Assembly (NCBI RefSeq): GCF_022539665.2
Contig: NC_081333.1
Location: forward strand, 11,284,001-11,348,000
DNA length: 64,000 nucleotides
Origin: Daphnia carinata
Lineage: Eukaryota
Reading direction: 5' to 3'
In this document: positions 48,437 to 61,867 of the stretch, piece after piece
Layout: every line of letters starts with the position of its first letter
Numbering within the stretch: the stretch's first letter is position 1
Notes under the pieces: generated by a model
The model's database searches: none
The model's input: only the letters and a program-made list of their open reading frames with translations
Told to the model about the DNA's origin: nothing
Translations under genes and position numbers: made by a program

Positions 48437-51400
48437 TCATTGACTGAGGCCTTGAAGAGTCCACAGTTGATGATAAATGCCTTTTAGTTGAATTAATTCT
48501 CCATGTTTTCCTTGTTCCCTTATCTGGCCTCTATCAACCACCAATATTTCATCCGCATCCTTGATAGTGCTAAGACGGTGAGCGACGATAATACACGTCC
48601 TGCCTTGTCCGGCTCGTTCCAGCGCATCTTGAACCACTTTCTCACTCTCCGTATCCAGAGCTGAAGTTGCTTCATCCAGTAAGAGAATTCGTGGATGTCG
48701 TATAAGTGCTCGCGCAATAGCCATCCGCTGTTTTTGTCCACCACTTAATTGCGTACCTCTTTGGCCGGCTATCGTCTCATAGCCAAGCGGTAAAGATTGG
48801 ATGAAAGTGTGGATGTTCGCATTTCTTGCGGCTTCGATAATTTCATCCATGGGAACTGATCGCGTCAAGTCGCCGTAAGCGATATTTTCAGCAATAGTTC
48901 GATTGAAAAGAACAGGCTCTTGTGAAACGATACCCAATTTAGATCGAAGTAAACTTGATGAACTGAGACTTATGTCTCTGTCGTCGACTAGAATCGTTCC
49001 GGAATCAGGCTCGTAAAAACGCTGGAGGAGCTGAATCAACGTGGATTTCCCACATCCGCTGTGGCCGACAAGAGCCACAGTTCGGCCAGGTTGGATGACG
49101 GTGGATAAACCTCTTAAAACGGACCCTTCTGGCCTTGTTGGGTAACGGAAATGCACGCCCCTAAATTCAACTTTACCTTCCATCTCTGAATAATCCGATT
49201 TTGATGATGAATTGTTAGCTGTTTCTTCATCCGGTGGATCGCATTCGATGAGTTGGAAGATCCGTTTGGCTGCTGTTTTGGCGCGGCCATAATTCGGTGT
49301 GAACGCCAATGTTTGCCCAACCATTTCCATGCCAAAGACGAGGGCTTCGCAGACTTTAAATACTTCTTTGTAAGGCAGGTCTTCGTTTTGAATTAAATAG
49401 GTTCCGTAAGACATGCAAACAACGGAAGCGAAGCAGGACATGTTGCATGTCAATCCGAAGATAACTGCACGGACGGGCGTTAGCTTTTTGGCCACTTTGT
49501 AAGGTTCACGAAGAGACGCCATGTAATTCGTATTAAATTTTTCTTCCAGGCCAAGACTGGCTACTGTTCGGATATTGGAAATGGCTTCCGTAGCAAGCCG
49601 AGTGGATTGTTCCATCGCTTTTGCTTTAGCAGTTATTTGGCCCGTGTTCATTTTGACTTCCAGAACGCCCGATAGCAAAACAACGGGTACAAATACGCCG
49701 CTGACTAATGCCAGTTTCCAGTTGTACACTAATGATAATGTCAGAGCAAATAAGATACTGACGGAAACCTGAACGAGGAGGCCTATCCTGGCACCGGTGG
49801 CTCCCTGGATAGCCGAAGCATCTCCGGACAGACGAGCGCAGAGCGAACCGACGGAATTTTCCAGCTGATCAAACCATCCAATCTTTTGTTTTAGAATGGA
49901 TTGGAAAACTAGTTTCCTCACACGAAATGTGAGCTTTTCTCCAGCAATGGTTAGCATAAATGTCTGCATAAAAGCACCGATACCGGTACCGAATGCGATA
50001 CCCAAGAAAATCTGAAACGGGCAATCGAATTTCGTTAATTTCAATCAGCTGGCGATCGATAAAAATGTGTTTTACCAATGCAAGGATATCGTTCAAATGT
50101 TGGGCTTCTTCTTGCTGTAACGATGGATCCAACAAACCCATAAGTTCACCGTAAACCATGGCGTAAACTGGAGTGCTCAAGCCTAATATGGTTGATCCGA
50201 TCACGCCTAAAGTAATGTATCCCCATTCCGGTTTGTTCAACTGAAATATTTTCCAAATGGAAACATCATCGTCCTTAGGTTGGAGTGGAAGATGATGCTG
50301 AATAGAATCGCCGTTATTTTCAGGTACATTGGCCTCAGCTTTTAATTGCTGTGGCAGCGAATCTGAGATCAATTCAAGTTTCCCCGAAGGATTCAAGTTC
50401 GGATCGTCTGGTGTAAAACTTTGTTCTTGCGATTCCACCAAATGATAATAAAGTCCTCTTTTGTTCATAAGAGTATCATGGTTTCCCTCCTCCTAAAATG
50501 TAATTTGACATTCAGGTAAATTTCAAACAGAAAGTCTGCAGAATTCACCTCAATTACACCACGGTTGAAAACCAGAATTGTATCAGCGTTGCGGATGGTG
50601 GTGAGTCGATGCGCAACGATTAGAGTAGTCCGTCCTTGCCGAGCTTTATCCAAAGCTGATTGAACGACAGCTTCACTTTTCGTGTCGAGTGCTGAAGTAG
50701 CTTCATCGAATAATAAAATCTTAGGGTTACGAATGAGGGCACGGGCGATTGCAATGCGTTGTTTCTGTCCGCCACTGAGGTGAGCGCCACGTTCACCCAC
50801 TAGAGTATCGTAAGAATTGGGCAGAGATATGATAAAATCATGAGCGTTTGCTTTTTTTGCAGCTAGTTCGATATCTTCCTGAGACACGTCATCATAACTT
50901 GGATGCCCATATCGAATGTTGTCACCGATACTCACGCTGAACAGAACAGGCTCCTGTCCGACGACCCCAATGTTTTCACGCAACCAACTCACGTTCAATT
51001 CTTTGACGTCATGGCCGTCGATTGTGATCTTGCCTCGAGTAGGGTCGTAAAAACGCTGTAGTAGTTGAACGCAAGTAGATTTTCCGCAACCACTTTGCCC
51101 GACTAGAGCTACCGTTTGGCCAGCTGCTACTTCGAAACTGATCCCGCGTAGAACGGGCACATCCGGACGTGAGAAATAAGCGAAATGTACGTTCTCAATT
51201 TTGATGTGACCGTTGATGTTTTTCAATCGTTTTCCAGCGGATGAAGAACTGTCTATCACTGGTATTTGATTAAGGATTCGATAGACTTCCGCAGCTGCAA
51301 CGCGAGCTGCGGAAAACGTTTCGAGGAAAGGAAATAGTTTGCCCACGTTTAAGGCGGCGTACAGCATGTTAAAGAAAACAATGTTAAGTGTTCCAGCATC

Positions 51401-52608
51401 GTACTTGCTGGTACTTTCTCCATTACAGCTGGATTGCAGGATAAGTTTGATACCGTACCAAAATGTGAGCGCATAACTGGCGTAAGTGAGGAGCCAAACT
51501 AAACCGCTTCCAATTGCCGTGGCCAGCCCTCGTTTAATTCCGGCCGTTCGGGCTGGTTTGATAGAAGCTTCAAATTGTTTGGCTTCTTTCACTTGGGCGT
51601 TGAACATGTTGACTGTTTTAATTGCTCCGATGATTTCTTCAGCTAAACTTCCAGCTGAAGCGTAAGCTTCGGTTTCTTTGGCTGTTAATGTCGATTGAAT
51701 TTTGGCTAAAATTCCAGCCGTGACAGTCAGGACGGGCAAGGCGACTAATGTAATCAATGCCAACTCCCAGCCAAAATAAAAGGCAGTTATGAGACAGATG
51801 GTGGCAATTGAAGAATACGAGATAAAAAGCCCCACTTTCTCACCGATTCCATCTTGGATTTTCGTCAAGTCCCTACAGAAGAGTTTTGGTTGAATTTAAA
51901 TATAATCTATAAAGAGAAATTTGTATACGAACTCTGAAATTCGAACGGCCATTCCATCGGTCGTTCTCGTATCATGCCAACTGATTTCTTGGGCCAAAAT
52001 GGACTTCACGGCGCAGCTCCTTAATCTGTAGATCTGATACAATCTTATGTAATGGAATTTGAATGATTGAATAATATTACAGCAGTAAATAGTCACTTGA
52101 TTTTCAGCTGAGATGTTTAAACATGTGATGAAGACAAAATTTAGCAAAACGGAAAGCAATCCGAGACAAGTGGTGCCAATTGCAAAGACTACCACCGAAT
52201 TCATAATATCACCACTTTCATTCGTAAACAACCTGCAATCAACAGAATATCATTATTTAGAACACAATAACGTATTTTGAATGAAAATAAAAATTACGTG
52301 AAAGCAGGGCCGTTGGCAGTTGCGTTGGGCGGAAGAAGACACTCCGATGTGTTGGTGAATTCATTTGTGCCCCCCGTCGTGTAATTTACTTCGGGATCAG
52401 AAAATTCGATAATAATATTAGAGAGATCACCCCAAATTAATACCATTAACGGGAGGCAAACTCCATTTAATATTGCAGCGAAAACAGCTGCGTACATGAG
52501 AATGACATCCGTCTTTGTTGCAAAACGGAAGAGTGCAGCAAAATTGACGGAAGTCGCTGAAGCGTCTACCTTTCCTTCCGTCGAACAGCATTGAAATCGA
52601 CGTAACAT
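48437..52608 (-). CDS. ABCB1: ABCB1/MDR P-glycoprotein, full transporter (TMD-NBD-TMD-NBD)
   Basis: LFRFATKTD start, KIQDGIGEKVG, NBD1 GQSGCGKST / LSGGQKQRIAIARAL / ILLFDEATSALD, NKPEW linker, NBD2 GHSGCGKST / LSGGQKQRMAIARAL / LLLDEATSALD. Three N-glycosylation sequons (NYT, NTS, NAT) in the first extracellular loop. About six coding exons. Confidence 0.96.
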
Positions 52609-53708
52609 GGTTGCGACGTCTGTGATACGTTAAGAGTGAAATTCTCTACAGAATTAATAGATCACATAAACTTAAAAAATAAACCGGGGAGCGCATCTGA
52701 TTGTTACAGCTCGCACTGATTTGAGAACGTGCATGTCTAGCACATGCCGAGACTGAGGCACATATGATGCAACATTTGTTGCTACGAACGCACGCAACAA
52801 TCTCGAATTTTTTAGACATGTTGTTTAGCCGAGACATAATCTAGTTCACATGTTGTTATGGCTCGTCTAAGCTCAAATAATAAAATATTAATGCCTGTTT
52901 CATCTTTTTGTTGGACTATGACTCTGAATTGATAGCACAGACCGATAGGATCAGTTCATTTTTCACCCATCTGATTTTTTCTTATCGTCTTCACTATACG
53001 TAAATGTTTTACATGAAAGTTTATCTTGAATCCACAGTTTATATGTGACATAAATTTTGTTTTTTCTAATGCAACAAAAATGATTAATCATTATTTTACA
53101 ATAGGATGCGGCGATGATTTAATTTCGTTGGATATGCAGCACACGAATAGATTTCGTGAAATTCCCGCTGATTCTCGATTCAAAATTGGGTTCCCGAAAG
53201 CTATCGGCATCTAGTTGTAGCTCCTCTTACTATTGTTAAATCTGTTCAAGACAGAGCAACATCCTCGAACAGGGGATCATGGGATCACGTCTTCCAGACA
53301 GGAAAGTTCTGCATGGGAACATACAAGAGATGAACAGCTTTAGTGGACTAAACTGATCAGACTTATTATCCAGTTTTAAATTTGTTTTTAATTACTTTGG
53401 CTTTTATCGGTGGCGAAAGAGCATTGTTCGTTCGACTGAACACGGAATAGCAACGTTATATCAACTAGACAAGTTGACGGTCTCTCATTTCCATGACGAG
53501 TCAATTACTAATAATCTATTTTCGTTGTCTTCACGATTGATTTGTTTCTACTGCAAATTTAACGATGCGCTGTCGAGGTCGATTCGACATCAACTCATCA
53601 ACCGGTAGTGAATAACTATAATTTCCAACGGTACTTTTTTTGGTGACTAACTAGCGGTAAAACCAGTTACACCCCACTCGACAACGCCTTCTTGGCGGAG
53701 CCAACAGC

Positions 53709-53805
53709 ATCAGTCGTTAATCACCTGTGTGGATAAGATTTGCTGGAAACGCACAGTCACGTCAGATTTCCCCTCGCTAATAAATAAAAATCCCACTCCG
53801 TAAGG
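53709..53805 (+). promoter_or_regulatory. Candidate Inr and non-coding first exon of an unseen downstream gene
   Basis: ATCAGTC (Inr-like) at 53709 and donor |GTAAGG at 53800. The next ~10 kb has the same poly-A/T composition as the large filamin introns. Confidence 0.3.
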
Positions 53806-56800
53806 TGGCGATGTTCCAGCACGTTCAACCTTACCGTCCCCACAATTGCGGAGTAATCTAGAAAACAAATGAAATAGTTTGACATCCATATCCGTGGTAT
53901 CGTGTTCAGGAAAGCAATGAATATGCAAAGCTTAAAGCTGTCCCCATACGGGTTCTTTATGTGCGTACGATTTTTATGTGTAAAAAGAAATGTCATTTAG
54001 TTAGTTTTTTTTTAGCAGTTTCGAGTAATACAATACGAACTCTTTAAAGGCCCATTTCTTTTCCTGTCAACTGGAGAAAGAAATCCCGTATGCCGGACAA
54101 CGAGTTGTTCTTGTTTCAGGGCTGTGTAATTTATTATCCGCCAAAGTTTTCTTGTTTCTTTTCAGGAAGGGGAGGGAGCGGCTGTATTGTCTTTGTGTCA
54201 TTTTTGACTAGTGGCCTACTTGTACGTGGTAGAAAAAAAAATAGTGCCAAATGTGTGTACACGCAGAATCAAGTATAACTTATTTTCACAGACGAAAGAT
54301 TCCGGCTGGGAAAAAAACGGTATAAATCAACTCCATATGGTTTCATCCGACTTTTGGACCAGTAAACTCATCGTCCAAGTTTGCTGGTTAAAAAAAAAAA
54401 AGTAAACTTTTTCAACAGTAATAGAAGGAACTATTTTATTATACGGAGCTGGAAAAAAAAGTTTTCAAGTGTCCCTGTTCAAATAGTTATATGGGTCTCT
54501 TTGGAGGACTCTTTGAAATCACGAACTCGCAAGCTTTTTTTTTTTGAATAAATCAAACAACCAAAGCCCATTTTTTTTGGGGGCCCGTCATGTTGGCAGA
54601 GGACTTCTCGAATGACTGTCAATAATACAAGAACTGCATAGACAAGGAAGATCAAACTTTTGCTATATTTCTATATACACAATGTGCGCAGCATATATTG
54701 AAATATACTTTAAAGAAATTGGCTGTTTCCCCCTTTTTTTTTTGTTAGTTTTTTTATAAACACATTTTTCTTTTTCAGTTCCTTCTCCTTCCTTTGAAAA
54801 AGAAAATCCTCTTCACATTTGACTGACAAGAGAGACAGATTGTCTGTGTCTGTTTGTCGACTGATTATTCGTCTTTCTTATATAGATTTCCTCTCCCCAC
54901 ACGATCTGTGACCTCAACTATTCCAAACACGATAGCATTTTTTCTATTATATCTGTTCATTTTTTATTCATTTTTCATTTCCCCCCTCTTCTCCGTAGCT
55001 GTCTAACAGATATTTAAATGCGGTCAGAGAAGGAGGTAAATATCACGAACCGATTATTGGATTATGAAAACGTTTTTTTTTCGGGTTAAAGCTGTTTGGG
55101 ATCCTGTCATTTTCCAAGTCCCTTTTGGCAGAGCTTTAAAAAAGAAAGAAATAGGATTGTTATGTGTGTATGCGCGCAGGGTTGGGCTGACAAAAGGGGG
55201 CGGTAATGACGTGCATTGTGATCGACGTCAGACTATGTGTGTATGTATATTTATACCCATAAGAGCTCTTGCGTTATCTAGCTGCCATTCAAATAAGCCC
55301 GGATTGCGTCAAGTCGTTTGCATATCGAAAGACTAGGGAAATGAAAATACCAAACAGAACGTGATTTGTTTGATATTTGTCTTTTATTTAACGGTCTACA
55401 GAATTAAATTGATAATCATAAAAGAGTCGAAAATAAAGGGCCTAATACGGGACGAACTTGTGGTGACATCGCTTCCGCAGCTCTTCCGCATTAAAATCTA
55501 TAATGGCAATTTTGGTTTTTTTTTTCCTTTTTATCAATTCACACGGGAAAGCTTCTGAGCACCTTGTCAACCTCCGACTGTGCGCGACATTTAAATACAT
55601 TGGTATATTACATGAAAACGCTCGAGGTCGTTCGAAGCTTAAGGGACACTCTATCCCGTTCTTTTTAAAACTTCCTTTCTCTACATTCACGCAGCAGCAG
55701 TTTACAGCGGGAGATAACGCCGCTTCTTGTTGTGTCTTTTTTTCAAGCTCTCCGCTGTATATATTTATAATGTTTCGAACATATATATCCATTGATTTGA
55801 AAATCTCCCACCGACAACAAGTTTCGTGCTGGGTCGGCAAGCCCTTACGAAACTTTTAAATGTAGCCGCGTGAGTTGCGTAACACTTTTTTTTTTTAGCG
55901 AAGCTATCGACGCTACTTCGCTTGAATGGTGCATCCATTTAGGAAGGCCAGATTGGAATCTTACTATACACATCTATTGTATATTTATCCTTTTTTTCTT
56001 TATCTTTCGGGGTAAAAGAGCTTTTTTTATTCCTTATGCGCTATCTTCCTAAAGGAGCGGATCCTCTCTTTTTTTTTTTTTAGTACATGTCGTTGCTTTT
56101 CATCTTTTTTTTTTCGTTAATAGAACGCCCGCTGCTGACGCGGCAGCTCCCGGAAAAAAAAAAAAAATAAAACAAGAAGGAGGAATCCATTATAATCTCA
56201 TGCTGCCTCCTTTCTCTATGGATTTTAGACGTTTGTATGCGTGTACAGCACAAGGATGGATATGCGTTGCACCATGTTCTCCTTGCTCCCGAAGGATGTC
56301 TCCGTGTTGTGCCTATTCATCGGGGGACAAGAAAAATAAAATTACAAAATAAAAAGAGTCGCTTTTAAATTTATTTTTTGAGAGGGATCTTTTCAAGTTG
56401 TTTATCATTCAAGAATTCTTAATAAACATTGGCTGTTTGCGTCCTAGAATTACGGAAGGGAGTGTGGCTTCCTTTTGCTTTTTTTGGCTTTCTAATTTGG
56501 TGTCACATCTATACGCATATGTTTTTATGTAAGTTAATACTTACAATGTATATAGAGCGTGAATGTCCCGACGCGACATCCAGGCGCGTAAGAGGCTGTT
56601 GGATACATAAGAATGGACGGGATACAAAGACGTTTGTGGCCAACTTAATTTGATACAATACGGCCAAACAGGTAATGTTATCCGTTAAGTTGAGCATTGT
56701 CACTCAAACAAGAATGTGACGAAAAGCAAAATGTAATTGCATAAAGGAGAAGACGTGACTTTGCCAGTTGTTTGTGTATGTTTTTTCATGTCTACACTGC

Positions 56801-59800
56801 ATTCACAGAACTTAATTAAAGGCTAGTCGCCATAGTCGTAACGACATATAAAAAGATGATTGAAGAGGGGTTCACTTTGACCGCAGAATTGGGGGGTGAA
56901 AACATGTCGTACAAGTGAAATTCCGATCTGTTTCAGCTGTATTGTTAGTCTCACCACCGAAACTTGCCATCAAAGCTTCTTCTTCCTATGCATCCATTTG
57001 AATGAAAATCGTTTTCTAGTCTGACGTTTGGAACTCTTCTTTTTTTTCCATCACGCTGTGATGTACTTGAATGTCGTCCTATGGAATTCAGTACACATTC
57101 CCATTTTTTTTTCCATGATCGTCTCGATCGTTAACTACTGTTACTTGTATACATATCCCAACTTACTATATACAACAAGGAAAAATATCACGTGAAGGAT
57201 GACGGTGACGGAGTACTCCGGAGGCTCCCCAAAAAAGGGATGACCCTTTTCTCAGTAGGGGTAGCTATAGATCGGCTAAAGAGACAACAGTAACAACAAC
57301 AAGAAGCGAAAATATAAAAAAAGGGGGGAAATGCTAAGTGAAAAGATGGCAAAAAGAGATAAAAAAAAATGACGAAAAAGAAATAACAGCACGACGATGC
57401 ACTCTGCGTTTTAGATCCATATTTTCTTTGTTACAAGGTCGGTTTGTTGTCAATGTTTCACAGGAATCAAATGCTAAAGAGAGCTGACACGATGACTCTT
57501 GGAATATCACGCTGCGCAGTCGTGTGGTTATAGATCGAAGAGGGCGCGGTCTAGGCCTGTAACGTCTGAATGTCATCGTAGACATTCCTTCCTATTTGTT
57601 GGCCTCAATTGCGGAGTGCTCGCAGTGACATCACGAATAAATAACAACAGCATTAAAAAAATGTCTATTTTCTATACGCCCACTCTGCGTGTACGACTTA
57701 TGTTGTACGGCATGTCTGGGCATAGCGGGAACTCGACAGTAGATGGTCGAGATAAACAAGCCCGAACTTAAAGTAGCAAAAATACATAGCGCAAGTCTGT
57801 GCGGAAAAAGAAAAAGAATAACAGATGACTCTTTTTGATATGATTCTTTTTCAACCTTTCAAACAGATAGGGAATCACGGCCCGTTCCGCTCCATGACAG
57901 ACGCCTTGCATATCCTCTTCTGGAGTCGACTTTGAAAAGCGTCAGATGTTTTTCTATGTCGTCGCGCGGTTCCGCCGTGATGTTTGTAGAAGTTGAACAT
58001 CAAACTGAGGAATTTATTGTCCGCCCGCGCGGATTCCGGCTCTCCGATAAGGGGGGGATTCTTTTCTTTCCTTTTTGCCACTTGCGCATCGACTGTATGC
58101 TCGGGCTTATTCGTAGAACTCTACGTCACGTATACAACAACGAGAACGCGCTGTTATTGTTGTTGTTTGTCTGACTTTTGGGCAACAACATTTTTCTTCT
58201 CCTCCGAGAGTGTCGGTGGGAAATAACGGACGAGCCAACGGAAAGAATGCTGACATTACGCATACCTGATTCTTCCCCGTTGCTTTGGAATCTCCCTTTA
58301 TTGTAGCTTAAGAATCTATACATCCCGCATATATTGGGTATTTCTTTTTTTTTTTTGTTTTTTAAATATTCAAAGTGTCTTTTAAAGGTGCGAGAGTTTA
58401 ATGAAGGGGCCACACACACAGTTGGAATGATACCAGCCATCGTGGGCTGTTAATCATCTTTTGACTCGCTGTGTCATAAATTACGAACCTTATTTAACGA
58501 TGTTTCAAAGGGGTTAAAACAAAAATTGAACTTGGTCATCAATTTGTCGAGAACAGTTCGAATTTCAAACAGCCGGACAAAGTTCATTCATTGCGCAGAG
58601 CTACATTTGTCACACACACACACAAAGAAGGAGGAGCAGCGGAAATGTGGAGTGTCAAAAGCTCTCACATTGCAGCCGGAAATGTCTTTTGCTGGGCATC
58701 CCCGAGAAAGATGAAACCGAAATGAAAGAACACGCGAAAGAAAAGAAGACAAAAATATCTGATGATATCTTCATCCCCTTCGCGTGTTGAACAAATTAGC
58801 CACCGGAGTGGATGACGGAAGAGACGGACAAAAATAAAAGAAAAAGAGGAGCCACACACGCATTTCTTTGCGTGGATGGTGGAAGAATGCCAACACATGA
58901 AAGACACATAGGAATAAGTCATCTGTTGTTGTTTAGCTCGTTCCATCAATCAGCAACGGAGCAGCAACAAAAAAATCATTTCCTTTTTTTTTTTTTTTCA
59001 TTTTCTCGTGTCTAGTATAAGATATGATGAGCATTATCTTGCACGGCTCGATGACACGACCGAAGCTATGTTTTACATTGGGGAAACAAAGAAAAAAAAA
59101 GATCTCGACTCGTCCGTGTTTAGTTTTTTTTTTTTTTTTTCAAGACACGATCGCGTTGTCTTTGAAATTTCCCGTCATTCCGAAAATGCAAACGTCGTGG
59201 TCGTTATATACGACGCTGTGCCACATTGATGGATGTGCCACATCCGAAAACGAATAGGAGAAACGCATCAAATGTCATTCACGTTAAACGCCGGTACTAA
59301 CCACTGTGTGATATGTGTGTGAAAGTTGTTTCACTATTATTTGTTTATCCCTGACGTTTTTCTTTCCTTTGTTTCTCACCAAAAAATTGTTTTCTAAATG
59401 AAAAATCTTTTGCTATTCGAAAAAAACGGGATGTTTTGTGTGTGGGTGAAGAGACCCTGTGTAATATATAAATTTATGTTTGCTATATAGATGGTGATGC
59501 GGACTGGCGATAGCCCTCAACTAATGGCCAGATGACCCCTTATTTATTTTATTAGTCGAAAAAGAAAGGCACTCTATGGCACACTGGCTGTTGCCTCTCG
59601 TCTTTTTTTTTTTTTTTATATGCACTGTCCCTTCGAATGTCAAGTGCCTCCTGGTTTAAAACTCCAGCAGCCTCCTTTTCGTCGCGTCCCTTTTTTTTTT
59701 TTTTGTTTGGCTGATGTTTTGAGCCCATCGTGTTTTAGATAGAGTGACCAGTTAAAATATAAAAAAAAAAGGCTCGAAATTTATTAGGACCTTTCTTCTT

Positions 59801-61829
59801 TTGCTATCTATTAGAGCTAGGAAGACTCCATCTTTTTATTTATATGCAACGACTGTAATAGGGTTAGGAACCATCTTATAATAAAAAAAAAAAAAAGAGG
59901 GAAAAGAGAGATAGATGGTGTAGCTCAATGTGTCAAGGGGGGGGGGGGGGGAAGAGAGTGTGTCCAGCATATAAGCGACTCTACGGCCGACGAGTACACG
60001 AACAAAAAAAAAAAAGTTGGGGTGAAAATGTAATAAAAATAAAACCCGTCAAGTCGTGGCCAGATCAGCTGTGTCAACCGCAAGTTCCGTGTGATAAACT
60101 TATTAAACTATATAGATGTAAGCCAAGGGTAATAATTCCCCTTTTAAAAAAAAAAATTGTATTCCCGTCTCTCTCGGGGAATTTGAAACGGTTTTTCGAT
60201 AGCACGGTTGTCGTTGACCTGCCAAAATTGATCTCGACAAACCGTGACTTGATTATCCACAACAACCGAAACGAAATATATGTATATACTTTTTTATTCT
60301 TCGTTTCCTTATTGATCCCAACATTCATTCGTTTTTTATTTCGTTCCGAACTATGCAGTTAGCTAGCAGTGCGTGAAACAGTTTTTTTTTTTTTTTTTTT
60401 TTCTAAACTTGAACCGTAACAAGAGAAACAGATTCAAATCAGTAACGTCCTATAAATAATTGGCTGTGCACCGAACTGATCACAAGAAAAACTAAAATAT
60501 TTCTTCTCCCCTTTGATTTTCAAGATTTGATGACATCAGTCGTTTGAATTTAATTTGGCCTGAAATCAAAAAGGATGTGCCACTTGACCACAACAATGAA
60601 ATTTACCTCGTCAACTATACAAGCAACTCAAAACGCAGAACGTGACTTCCTGGACAAATCTGTGAAAATAACAACAAAAATATAAAAAAAAAAAAACATT
60701 TCGAAATTTCTGTCTTGCATAACGGTGAATTCTCTTTTTTTTATTCGATTGTTAAAAAAAAAAATAGCAGAGATTGAAATCAGTTGTTTGTCTCTACGGA
60801 ATTCCAAAGATTATTATTTTTTGCTTTCCATTGTTTTTTTTTGTTTTTTTGTCAAGTGGATCCGGATATTGGTCGGGTGGTTGTGCCACTCGACACGATT
60901 CCGCACGAGTAGCATTTTCACGAACACAGGGGGAAATAGGGCTTTGGCAAGAAGACAACGGGTGATGAACGACTGTGAGCAGCCTAAGGACATAAACAAC
61001 TATAACAGGGTGTATCTAACCAAAAAAAAAAAATGGCTGCTCAATAAAGTAAACAGTTAGATGAGAAAGAAGAAAAAAGGGTTGAATGGAGAAGCTTCTT
61101 TTGTAATGTGAAGACTGAAGAGGGAGAAGGTTCAACTTCATTGGAGGGCATAGCGGGAAGATATGCCTGGCTGCTAGCCGATGAAAGACAGCGAGGGGGG
61201 AACTGACGCACAAAGATGTAGCCATCTGATATATATACAAAACTCAGAGTAAGAAAAAATAAAAAGTACAGAAAAACGAGAAAACAAAAGATGGGCCGTG
61301 CTGATTGGGGTTCGGACTGAGGACCCCATCAAAAGTCGTCTCTTTTTTTATCCCCGATCCTTATCGGATGCCGAGCATCGTCGGCTCCCAAGTTTTCATC
61401 TCGATCCATTCCGACCTATCAAGCGCATATTCTCATAGAGTCCCCCAGCTTTTCGGGGGAGGGGGGGTGTACAACTGCTATGTTTGTTGGAAGTTTGTTT
61501 TTTTTTTCCTTTTTTTCGGAGGTCTTCTCTGTCACAAACATTCCTGTTGTTGACTGTCGCCATTCGAGTGCAGCTCGCGCTCGGCCGAAATGGCCTCTGT
61601 CCGATGTGGTAGACACGATCCAAAACATGAAGAGTGTCCTCTTTTTTTGAATTTTTTTTTGTTTTATTTGCTTTGCTCTCACCATTGCGCATTTACGTAT
61701 CGGATAAGGACACAGTGTTGTCAGTGCGATACAACTCAACTGGGCTGTTGTATAATTCTTGTGACACACGCACGCAAACTTTTCTTTCATCATAAATTCG
61801 TCACTTTATTTTTTGTTTAACTACCAAAC

Positions 61830-61832
<3 letters not shown>

Positions 61833-61862
<30 letters not shown>
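61833..61862. repeat. (GT)15 microsatellite
   Basis: Uninterrupted 30 nt GT run. Confidence 0.95.

Positions 61863-61867
<5 letters not shown>

Noticed and set aside
55267..55313. miR-9-like word TCTTGCGTTATCTAGCTG in a weak hairpin
   Set aside because: The seed differs from miR-9, and the hairpin is only ~47 nt with several mismatches. Likely chance.
60855..61010. GC-richer exon-like patch after a pyrimidine tract
   Set aside because: No frame gives a recognisable protein, the donor sites are weak and no partner exons were found.
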